NCBI GenBank assembly: GCA_021613535.1
Contig: CP075497.1
Span: 10,602,001 to 10,666,000, forward strand
Direction: 5' to 3'
DNA: 64,000 bases
Source of the DNA: Adineta vaga
Taxonomy: Eukaryota > Animalia > Rotifera
The position numbers and the translations under genes are program-made. Shown here in pieces: positions 26,401 through 38,300 of this stretch; the stretch's first letter is position 1; every line of letters begins with the position of its first letter. The notes under the pieces were generated by a model. It worked only from the letters and a program-made list of their open reading frames with translations, was not told where the DNA came from and searched no databases.

Positions 26401-29400
26401 TCGAACAACATTATGGACCACAAGGTTTATCTGCTTTTTATAATCAACAACAGCAACAAGCACGTCTTTTACAAGAACATTCAACAATGTCAGGTACGCC
26501 AATCCATCCATCTTTCTTTAGAGAATCTCAGTCGTTAACTGATATATTTCATAATTCAATAAATAATAATAATAATAACAATAATAATAATGCATCAATC
26601 CCAACACGTCTAAATTCACTTTTAACAAATTTAAATGAACAACAACAATTGATGCTTTCGCATCTTTATCTCAATCAAATCACTTCGCTTCCATTTGTAA
26701 CTTTATATGACACTACTTCACCATCATCACCACAACAACAACAATTTAGATTTAATGGAGATCTTGGTGAGAATGAGAAAATTTATCGTTCTCAATGTTG
26801 TTTATTTGTGTCTTAATCACTAATATATATATATATATTTATTCAATTTCGTTTCCTTCTTCTGTGTGATTATTTTCCTCTATTCATATTTAGATCGTCT
26901 CTCATCATCTTTAACAACTCCAACAAGAGATCATAGTGAAAATTCTCCTGTTGGTAGTGGTGACTCAATAAAATCTGCGGATTCAATTCCAATCGGTCAT
27001 CGGAAAAAGAAATCGTCATTACATCCATCTCAACAAATTCAGTCAACTAATGAAAATCTCACAAAATTATCTCCAGATCATTCATCGGATGGTGCTGGTA
27101 CCAACGATGCTGATAGTATTATTTCAAGTGAAAGTCAAAAATCTGTCACGAATGCAAGTATGCCCATACTTGAGGATGGCTTATCCGATTCGGAAAACCT
27201 CAGTGGTGATGAACAACAGCAATCATCATCACCAATCAAATCTAAAACGAATGGTCGTCATCAATCGACACAAAGCGATTTTCTATTTGATAAAAATCAT
27301 TCGTCGTTAGTCACATCATCACATAAACGACAATTTGCAAAATCGATGAATACAAACGGTGTTGAAGCACCAACAAATTCATTCTATATTCGTCCACCTC
27401 CTCCATCATCTTTTGTTCAGCCAGTAACAACAAATCGTTCAACACCACCAAAGAATACTCCTGAAACAAATTCTACTCCAACAAAAAATCCAGCAGAATC
27501 ATCAACAGTTCCAGCAGGTAACGAAAACAATCGCTTTCTTTTCATTGAGTTTAACAAGAAAAACACGCCGGAACTTTAGATGAGGGAAATATTAATCCAA
27601 AGCCATTACGGAAAAAGGGTTTGTGTCGCATGTTCTGTTTTCCCCTCGTGATCTGCTTTTATATTGTGTGGTTAGAAACCAGCATGATTTTTGATGATTA
27701 TATTTTGTTTTTATTTGAATAATAAATATCATCAATAATTCTTCTTTTCATTTAGATTACGATACAGATGAAGAAACTGATAAATTACTCGGTGTTGAAC
27801 ATCGTACTAATGCGAAAAATCAAGCAATTCGTGATGCTGTATGTTTCATATGACTAAATCAATCAAATTTAGTATCTTCTATTCTTTTGTATCTAGGCTG
27901 TCACAAAACCAGTCAATAAACCTAAATCACAAGAAGGTAAATTTTCATTTTATTCAATTTCATTTCAATCATTTTGTTTTTCTGTCTTCTTTTGCAAAAA
28001 AATTCTAATTTCATTTCTCTTTCTTTTTTTTGTAAGTAATTAAAAATTGTGTTCTATTGTTTGTAATGCATGTATTCATTGAGAAAAAACAAAATGATCA
28101 ATATTTATACTAAATCTGAATTATTTTCGTTCTAGCTCTTACTCAATCAATTGTTGATCCAGGCAATTCCTCAGTACTTATTGAAGGTGTTCTGTTTCGT
28201 TGTCGTTATCTTGGTTCAACACAATTACTTGTCGAAGGAAATCCAACGAAAGCATCACGAATGATGCAAGCACAAGAAGCTGTTGGACGAATTAAAGCAC
28301 CACAAGGCGAAAGTCAACCATCAGTTGAAGTAGATCTATTCATTTCTACGGAGAAAATCATGGTTTTAAATACAGATTTACAAGATATTCTAATGGATCA
28401 TTCATTAAGATCAATATCTTATATTGGTAAGTAGAAATGAACTATCTTTCATTAGTTTATGTTTATTTGTATTTTAGCTGATATCGGTGATCTTGTTGTG
28501 CTAATGGCTAAACGTCGTTATCTACAACATACAGATGATAGTGTTAATGGAAATGAGGATTCGAATGAAACAACAACCCGTCGTGTTGTTTCAATCAATC
28601 AAAAAATGATTTGTCATGTTTTCGAATCAGAAGAAGTAAGTTTATTCGAAAAAGAATTTACATCGAGAATGGTTCATGTATTTTCTTCTTCTTTTTTGTT
28701 TTGTTTTTGAAAAGGCTCAATCAATCGCTCATTCAATTGGTCAAGCATTTCAGGTAGCATATGTCGAATTTCTGAAAGCAAATGGTATTGATGATCCAAG
28801 TTTTACACGTGATATTGACTATCAAGAAGTATTAAATCAACAAGAAATTGGTAGTGAAGAATTAGATCGATTTTCTAAGAAAGAATGTCAAAAAGAAGTA
28901 AAAATAAAAACCCGATTTATTCGTACATGAATATCTATTTTCTCTGTAGGTGATTATACCTAAAGCGAAAAATGAACCACTTGGTATAGTGATTGTTGAA
29001 AGTGGTTGGGGATCTATGTTACCTACCGTTGTTATCGCAAATATGATGCCAACTGGACCAGCAGCAAGGTTTGTTTGATTTCAAAAAAGATAGAAGAGGA
29101 AATTGTTATGAGATGTAGAGGTAGATTATAGTTCTGGGAAATTATACATTTTTCTTTTGAATAGAGGTGGACATTTGAATATTGGTGATCAGATTATATC
29201 AGTTAATGGAATTAGTTTAGTCGGATTACCTTTATCGTCTTGTCAAACACAAATCAAAGTATTTAAATTTTGTTTGTAATTTCATATAAAATTCATTGAA
29301 ATATCATGTAGAATGTAAAACATCTAACAACTGTACGATTAGTCGTTGTTCCTTGTCCACCCGTTGTCGAAGTACTCATCAGACGACCGGACACTAAATA

Positions 29401-29820
29401 TCAAGTAAAATTTCTCTTCAAGAAATAGAAGTTTCATTTGAAACTCTTTTCTATGTATTTTAGCTTGGGTTCAGTGTACAAAATGGCATTGTAAGTCATC
29501 GATGATGATTTCTAAGAATTGGGTTTTTCAATTGAACATTCTTATTTCTTCTAGATATGTAGTTTACTTCGTGGTGGTATTGCTGAACGTGGCGGTGTAC
29601 GTGTTGGCCATCGTATCATTGAAATAAATGGCCATAGTGTTGTAGCTACTCCACACGAAAGAATTGTTAGTATGCTTTCAAATTCGATTGGTGAAGTAAG
29701 TATTTCATAAAATATGGTGTATAGAAAATGTGCATTGCTTCATTTTAGCTTCGAATGAAAACCATGCCAACACAAATGTATCGTCTATTAACTGGACAAG
29801 AAAATCCAATTTATATATAA
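23419..29820 (+). CDS. APBA1: Mint/X11/LIN-10 adaptor (disordered N-terminus, PTB, 2 PDZ)
   Basis: [17 protein letters not shown]...[15 protein letters not shown]...[24 protein letters not shown] (PTB); [16 protein letters not shown] (PDZ1); [32 protein letters not shown] (PDZ2); C-terminal [14 protein letters not shown]. 5' exons less certain; single invertebrate APBA/lin-10 orthologue. Confidence 0.93.
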
Positions 29821-29948
29821 GTCTTTCTTGTTGTTTGTTCCTTTTTTTAATCGTATAAATAATGTTGCCATCATCTCCAGTATTCAATCTCAACTTGTTG
29901 TTCTTTGAACTCGAAGAGTATATGTGATATTGACTAGTGTCTACCTAT

Positions 29949-29985
29949 CACACACACACACACGCACACACATACGCACGCACGC
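29949..29985. repeat. Imperfect (CA)n/(CACG)n microsatellite in the Mint 3'UTR
   Basis: cacacacacacacacgcacacacatacgcacgcacgc. Confidence 0.8.
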
Positions 29986-30639
29986 ATAAATCTAAATTAA
30001 GCAATATTCTTCAATCTATTTCTTTGTTTGTACATAGAATCGTTTCTTTTCCTTTTTTTTAAAATTTTGTCGAGCAACGAAATGTGTGAACAGTGTTTGG
30101 TGTATTTATTATTCTTATTGACTGAGCTCCACTTTTCAAATACCAGCAAATGGATGAAAAATATCTTTTTTTCTGTTCTTCTTTTCTCTTCAAGTATAAA
30201 TCTCTAGAACCTCACATACTCATGTTCGGCCTTCGTTTTTCTCTCTTTCTCTTCAATTGTATACCTCTTCTTGTTCGGTAATCTTTTTTTTTGTTATATA
30301 TACAGTCAGAATGATACTGTTGATAAAAAATATAAGATAAGAAGAATGTTTTCTTGTTGTATCAATCTAGACTGTTTTTCTTTCTGCAAAATTCCGTGTC
30401 GAGGATAGTTTCGTGAGTAAAACGAGGTTTTGACAAAACAAAAACTTATCATTAGTTCTGAATGATAGGAATCAAAAGTAAAACTAATTCAAGGTGTACA
30501 TACAGTGAAAGTTTATGATGAAGTCTTACAAGTGAGTGATACGTATTTTGATATAATTAAGAAATGAATCAGACCACATCTAGTTCTTCATTTTTTACAC
30601 ACAAGATGAGCATTTTCAAACATATATTCAGAAAATAAA

Positions 30640-31116
30640 CTATATATCTGACAGAAAAAATTCTTTGGAAGTTTTTCGATTCATTGCTTGGACGAATTCT
30701 AATGGTTTTGTATTGAATGAAATAGGTAATGATGCTGATGATCGATCTGATTCTTCGAATGTAGTTAACACATTGAGTAATGATTCGATCGTTGGTTTTA
30801 ATTTGATTATTTCTTGAAATATGACTTCTTTTCGTTCATAAACGTACAAACGTTGAGTTCTATCATCAAGTAATGCTTGTAATTGTTGAGAATATTCTTC
30901 TAATAATTGATGTGTTTGAAATAGTTTATTATATTCGAAATCTCTTTGTTGCATTTCTTCTTTTTGTTCATGTAATAATTGTTCTAATTCTTGATTACGT
31001 GTATATAACATTTCTAAATGATGATTTGCTTCACGTATTGTCGTTCGTGTTATTAAATTTGTTAATACTCCATTACTATCAGTCGATATTGAACGTTTAA
31101 TTGATTCATCACTCAT
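30640..31116 (-). CDS. Orphan coiled-coil protein (~158 aa, single coding exon)
   Basis: ORF from MSDESIKRS (ATG 31116) with heptad-rich LEMLYTRNQELEQLLHEQKEEMQQRDFEYNKL...; an acceptor (TTTTAG) lies just upstream. Confidence 0.65.
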   Translation of the reverse strand: MSDESIKRSISTDSNGVLTNLITRTTIREANHHLEMLYTRNQELEQLLHEQKEEMQQRDFEYNKLFQTHQLLEEYSQQLQALLDDRTQRLYVYERKEVIFQEIIKLKPTIESLLNVLTTFEESDRSSASLPISFNTKPLEFVQAMNRKTSKEFFLSDI

Positions 31117-32376
31117 TTTTTCATAATGGTCTAAAAATAAAATTAAGACAATTATATTGTATTGAAGACAAATGTTCACTACTTCATGTTTATTAAATAT
31201 GACAGTTCGATCAATTCGAACACTTTTCTGTAATTAGCTCGTTCGTATAGGTGTAATCATATACTATAGTAGCGCCAATTTAAAAACATGAAGAGTTTTC
31301 TGGAAATTTTGATCAATTAATCAGACTTCTTTAAAACTAAATCATGTGTAAAATATTTTCTACTCAAATAAACATTTACTCAATGATTTGACATCTTGAG
31401 AAAAAAAGCAATCGAAGAACTTTTTTCTTCACTAGTTTCGTGTCGAGTTCGCTTTTTTTCTTCGTCTTTAAATTCAAATCTTCTCTCTTCGTTAGACACT
31501 TCATTTCAAGTATGTCATACGTACAAGTTCAGCATTTGTTCTTGCTTCTTGCATCTAATGACACTTGAAATTCGATTTTGGATATATATGCATCGTCCTT
31601 TTCGAGTTTGCAGAAATGAACATCAATATTCTCTAAATGAAAATATCGTCTATAACTTGTATTTCGTTATATATTGAATGACCTAAAATAGAAAAAAGAA
31701 AAAGAAATTCGATTTGATATCAATTTCACTGATCACATCTATTTACATACATATGTAATGTCCTCCGCTTGGTTTTCTCATATAAAAGACTATTCAAGGT
31801 AATGACCTTCGTTTGTCATACCAATAAACTTTATTCAAGTGTTGTTTTAATATTTGTTCTTTAATCGTTTTCTTTATTATATTTCGTTGTCAAGTCATTA
31901 GTCAAATCAGGCTTCATTTTCTTTAATAAATTGTACGAATCCATATTTACATTCATACATATCTATCACCTGCCGTTTCTTTTTATTCTCAAATAATTAT
32001 TCTTATTATATAGAGTTGATTTGTTCTATTCTTCTTCTTTTATAATAAAGTCTTACAATTCGAAAATGACAGTCATCAGTATTCATATCGTCCATTTTTA
32101 GAAACACTTTCAAAAGGTGAATCTCCCTCTCGCACTCGTTCTGTCTGTTACGCTTCTCATTTTAACATCGGACCTGATCGATTTCTTCGCTTCTCGCCTC
32201 CCTCTATTTCGTTCTTCCTTGCATTTTTTTTTCATTCAACCACGAAGAACATGCATATGAATGAATTTACCGACAGACAATGTTCTCTACCATTTTCTCT
32301 TTTCTCTTGTACGCTGTACAGTCAATGCACAGCATATGGTATGAAATGATATAATTATTTACAATTAATCATTGAG

Positions 32377-35300
32377 ATGATGAAAACAACTAGTTTGACT
32401 AGAACACTTCTTAATCATCATGCTCAATCCCAACCAATTATCGGTGGTACACCTTCAACAAATTCCACATCATCATCATCTTCATCAGGATCTGATTTGG
32501 AAACAGTTTCATCCATATCACACGGTTCTTCGCGTCAAACAACAATAAATACACACGCTATAAATGTGAATGATCAAGGAAATTCTGTTGGACATGATGA
32601 ATCAGCTGTTGTTCTATTAAATACAATTGAAAGACTTAAACGTGAATTAGCAACAGTGAAACAAGCAAAAACACAATTAGAAACATTATACAAAGTAAGT
32701 TTGATTCGTAGAAATGACTGAAATAGTTTCTTTTCTTTTCCGAATTTTTTTGACAACAAAACTAATTGATTCTTATGTATGTGTTTTCAATTTGTACCAC
32801 CCTTCTTCTTCTTCTTCTTCTGTCTATTGATAAATACTAAACATCTATATGTATGCCATTGGATACAATCAAAAATGATTTATTTGATCGATTCGTTTTT
32901 TATTATTTAAATGAAAAAGGATGGTTTCGTGTATGTTTTTCTTTGCCTTCAGCAGGTGTACATACAACAAATAAATAAAATTTCACCTTGTGAAATTTAT
33001 GTTATTATTTCAATTTCAATAGTTTATTTGCCCTATTTTATTTTAGGCTAAATCTAAATCTGATCTTGATAAATCAGCTAAAATTACAAAACTTCGTCTA
33101 CAATATGAATATGAACTTAGTATTTTCTGTAAAGAAGATCAAAAAGATCTTGTCTCTTATTTACAGCGACAATTAATTTCACGAGATCAACGTATTGCTG
33201 AACAAAACTATGATATTGAACAATTAAAAACTTGGTCAGCACCAGATAGTCTTCGTGATTGTAATACAAATTTCAATAAGAAAATTGCACCAGTACAAAT
33301 ATTACGAAGCAGTGATCCTGATCTAGTTATTTCGACGGTAAGTGAGAAAAAAATGTTTATTTTTTCGTTTTTATATGCGTATGCGCATTCTTTGTTCTAT
33401 CCGCCATTACATCCGTGAGTTGCCTATGTACGTCCTCCTTCGCCAATTCTATTAGATATGAGTCATTGAAGTTAATGCCCTTGATTCATCTACGACTTCT
33501 TTTTCTCTAAGCTTGCCTCGCTCTTATTTTTTTTATTTTTTTCGTCCATTCGTATTTCGACAAACATATATATATATATTTGCGTATAATACACCTACTT
33601 TCTAAACATAAATCACAACTTAAATCTAATTTATCGACGTCAAATTAATGGCTGGAGACGACGCCAAACAGGGTGGTGGAAAATCCGGTAGTGGTGAATC
33701 AAAACCAGCCGATAAAGATAATAAAGCGAACAAAGGAGATGCAGCAGGCGGTGGTGCTGCTAAAGCTAGTGGTGATAAAGGTGGTGAAGCTAAATCAGGC
33801 GGTGGAGACAAAGGCGGCGCTAAAGGTGGTGAAGCTAAATCAGGCGGCGGAGATAAAGGTGGTGCCGCCAAATCTGGTGGTGGTGATAAAGGTGGGGAAG
33901 CTAAATCAGGCGGTGGAGACAAAGGCGGCGCTAAAGCTGGTGGTGATAGGTGGTGAAGCTAAATCAGGCGGCGGAGACAAAGGTGGCGCTAAAGCTGGTG
34001 GTGATAAAGGTGGTGAAGCTAAATCAGGCGGTGGAGATAAAGGTGGTGACGCCAAATCTGGTGGTGGAGATAAAGGCGGATCGAAAGCCGAAGCATCCGG
34101 TGGTGGAGAATGGGACGGTGGTGATCCAGAAAAAGGTGCAAAATTATTTAAAACAAAATGTGCACAATGTCATAGTGCGGAGCAAGGCGGTGGTAACAAA
34201 CAAGGACCCAATTTACATGGTTTATTTGGTCGAAGCACCGGTCAAGTTCCAGGCTTTAACTATAGTGAAGCGAATAAAAGTAAAAATATCACTTGGGGTG
34301 GTGATACTCTTTGGGTTTACTTAAAAGATCCAAAGAAATACATTCCTGGAACAAAGATGATTTTTGCTGGTTTGAAAAAAGAGGAAGAACGCAAAGATTT
34401 GATTGCTTATTTAAAACAACAATCCAGCGATTAAGAAAGAAAAATATCGCTTGTTTGATAGAGAATTTTTTCTCTCCTAATGAGATAAATTTCGTCTCAG
34501 TTACAATGTGAAATTTCTGTTCCTTTTGTGTTTTTCGTTTCCATTTATTCTAGCATGTTCTATTTCGAATCTGATAAAAGTGACTTCTTATTTTCGCGTC
34601 ATTAGTTGGTTTTTCTTAAAAATTTATATCAGCGTTTTGATAGTCTTACTTTTAAGTATAGAATATATGTTCTTTTCTATAATGTGTATATGCATACAAA
34701 AGATCATTTATCATAGATCGAACACAATGCGGATGTAATTGGTATTATCCATTTTTCACTTGATAAAAGTGAATTTTGTCAAGTGAAGGTTATTGATGAG
34801 TTCAGAAGCGGAAGAAGAATTGTGTTCTATAGGGATTTTCATTTTCCCTGTCTCTCTTTCTCTCTCTCTTTTGCTCGGTCTTTATATATTCTTCAAAATT
34901 GATTACATATCATTATTGATATTTTCTTTTGTTCGTCGAAAAATTAGAACCAACATCTTTATGATGAACAAAACCAAACATCACAACAAGACATTGTTGA
35001 ATTACATGATCGTGTAAAACGATTTGAACGTAAATTAGAAGTATTAAAACAGGATCAACCAGTAATATTTCAAAGACAAAAAAAACGAACTCAATGAAAT
35101 CTAAATGATTGTTATCTCTTTAGAAAGATCACGATAAAGAATTAATTAAACGAGCTTTAGCGAAACAAGCTAGTAAAGATGCTATCGAATATCAAAAACT
35201 ATTGAAGAAAAAAAATGATGAAATCAGACAATTGAGTCTTCAATTGGAAGAATTATCTAAAGTAATTGGAAAACGTTGAATAGAATATAGATTTGAACTC

Positions 35301-38300
35301 TAAATTATTTTTCTAGGCAAATCTTCTTGGAACAGCATTGCGACAGATAAATATTGAAAAACTTCATCTTGAACGACGTCTTTTGGCTTCAAGAACAACA
35401 CCAACATTGAACTCGACAGCAAATAAAGGCGTAAGTCTTCAAGCATCCTATTGAAAAGATGACGGAAACTGCCTTTCTTTCCACATTATTGACTGTCTCT
35501 TAGGTAGACAGACGTCTTCTTATTGTTGTTCGATCCATTTCCTTGATGAAAAAAAAATGCAAAGAAAGACAACAAGATTTTTTTCATATGTATATTGAAA
35601 AGAAAACTTTCTTATTTATCGAATCACTTCGATAGTTTCTCTCATTTTCCCTTTCTTTTTTCCTTTTCCTTTTCATCATTCATTCTAAACTTGCATGTAT
35701 TGTGAGAAAGACATGTGAGAAAAAGAGAAAAAAAGTGCAAATAGAAAGACATCTTCATCGGCACGCGCGCTAGAGCGAGCCATCGTTCGGTCGATGAACA
35801 TTTTTTTGCTTCTTGCGACTATTTCTCTCGTTAACTTTCTGTTCTGTTTTCCCATTTTTTTGCTTTTTCTTCATCATTTTTTTCGCTTAGTATTATAGAA
35901 TGAGAGAAGAAAAAAAAACGAGAATATTTTTTTTACCACATCACTACCGGTTGCAGAAGACTCTTCTCTTTCTCAAAGATAATCATATTAGTTATTTACG
36001 CTCGCGTGTGTGTATGCATGTAGATGTAGTAGTATCAAACTTAGCTGAGCCACAAGAATAAAACGATAGTTAGGGAATAGAAAACGTACAGATTGAATCT
36101 TTTAAGCGTAAAATAAATAAAAAATATCAAAAATAATTATGACCAGTTCATCATCACCACGTTTTACTGGTATTATTCGTGATGTTCGATCAACAAAATC
36201 AAATTTACAACAGACATTATCACAGGTTTGAATAATGAATAGAAAATGCGGACTTTTATTGATCCTATTTTCTTATTCTTATTCTTCTTCTTCTTCTTTT
36301 CCTGTAGCCACAAGCAGCTAATATAACGGCAAATGTTGCTGAACAACAGCAACCATATATAACAACAGCAACAAGTACTCGTTCAAGAACTAATTCTTCA
36401 ACAGCATCTTCTATCGATCCATTTCATTATCAAGCATTACAAGACACAAATGAAGCATTAAAAAGTGAAGTACATCGGCTAGCACGCGCTGAAGAAGAAC
36501 ATGTCACAAAACTGAAATTACAGGTTAGTAGATATTCATTTCCTTTATTTTCTTTTGCTTTACTTATGATGGAATAGACTAGTCACTCATCATAGTCCTC
36601 AGGAATAAAACTGTCAACTTCATTTAAGCCGCTTCTACTCGTTTTGGTCCTAATCTTCTAAAGCCGGTTTTTCTTCTTGTTTCTTTATTTGAAGACAGTC
36701 GATCAATGGCAACCAATTCATATTTTTCCTCTTTTTTTTTATCTTCTACTTTTAGCTTCAACAATATGCTGAACTTGAAGAAACATATAAACATCTTCAA
36801 AATGAATATACACATCTAACCGATGTTGATGAACGTTTTAATGAATTACAAAAAATATTTCAAAAAGAAAAATCATCATTTGAATATTGTTCACGTGAAA
36901 ATGATCAATTAAAAAGTCAAAATGAACATTTACTCAATGAATTAGCACGTTTAACACAAATTGAAACACGTGATCGTACACGTTTTGTTGAACATTCTGA
37001 TTTACGTCGTCAATATGATGATATATCAAGTCAATTCAATGAATTAAAACAAAACTATACGGATTTACAAGATAAATATCAAGATAATCAAAATAGTTAT
37101 GAAAATGATATAAAACATCTTAATGATGACAATATTAAACTTCGTCTTGACAATGAACAATTACGTGCAGCCAATGATTTGTTACGCGATGAACGTAATC
37201 AAATGAAAGAATCACATGAAACAATACTAAAAAAACGTCTCGATGAAATAAAATATCTTCAATTAGAAAATCGAGATTTACAAGTCTTGAAACAACGATA
37301 TAGCGAAGATCGTGAAACATTTCAAGCAATTGATCTTCGAAAAACGCAATTAGAAAATGATCTTTTAACCATGCAAGCAGTTGAAGATCGTTGTCAAGAT
37401 CTCCAGACGACTGTCGAACGATTACAAACGGAAATTCAACTCAGCGTAAGTCCTATCTAGATTCTAAATACATATAATATTCCAAAAAAGAAAAAAAAAT
37501 TGCTAAAGGGGTGGAAAATAAGGGTGAGACGCACAAGAGAAAGAAATAAAGATCATGTTTCCGGAATTGAGAGAACTAGCTTGTTTGGTTGGTTGGTTGC
37601 CCGCCCTATTCGTTGTTAGCGAAGAGAAAGAGATCGACCTGTTCACAATTGCATGATGTGGAAAACCATCCTCTTCTTTCCTTTTTTTTTTATTCTTTAT
37701 CCCATTCTATTTTCTTTTTCTTTTTTGCTTTCTTCGAACGTCAACAGCAGAAAAAATCCGACGATCATGCAATGGCACTAATAAATCTGAACAAAGAAAA
37801 TGCCCGGCTTGTAAGTACTTGCATCATAGCATTCATCTCTTTTCTTCCTCGTTTTGCTTTATCTTTTTCTCCCTCCCTCCCTCCCTCCCTCTTCTTGTTT
37901 CTATTCTCAAGATACATTTTTCTTTACCCTCTAGATCAAAGAACTGGAAAGTGCCTCCATGCTAAACACGCAAATGCGCACCGAAATTATCAATGCAACA
38001 AATACTAATGAACGGGTTAGTGATGACTATATGCATTAATAATATGCAGAAAAGTTCGTGAGGAAAAAAATAATCAATATCTGAATAAATAATTCAATGT
38101 AGTCAATATCAATTTGTATCTATATAGGTTCTTTTTTCTCTTTATTGAATAGTTAATGGACGAATGTGAGCGATATCGTATAAATATCGACACAATACTA
38201 TCGGATTGTGATATAAAACGACGTGAAAATGAACAATTTATCCAAAGAAATCGTGAATTAGAAGCAATAATAAAATCATTACGTGATACAAGTGATTTAC

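Noticed and set aside
31758-32116. Candidate upstream coding exons for RIM-BP
   Set aside because: The donor/acceptor combinations tried gave in-frame stops; may be UTR exons, unresolved.
33626-33922. Minus-strand Pro-rich ORF (SPPPDLA repeats) and Val-rich plus-strand ORFs at 33673 and 33950
   Set aside because: Shadow frames of the Gly-rich coding repeat; non-ATG starts and no independent support.
33740-34108. Regular repeats superficially like a CRISPR array
   Set aside because: No unique spacers, units are multiples of 3 with synonymous variation, eukaryotic context, no cas genes.
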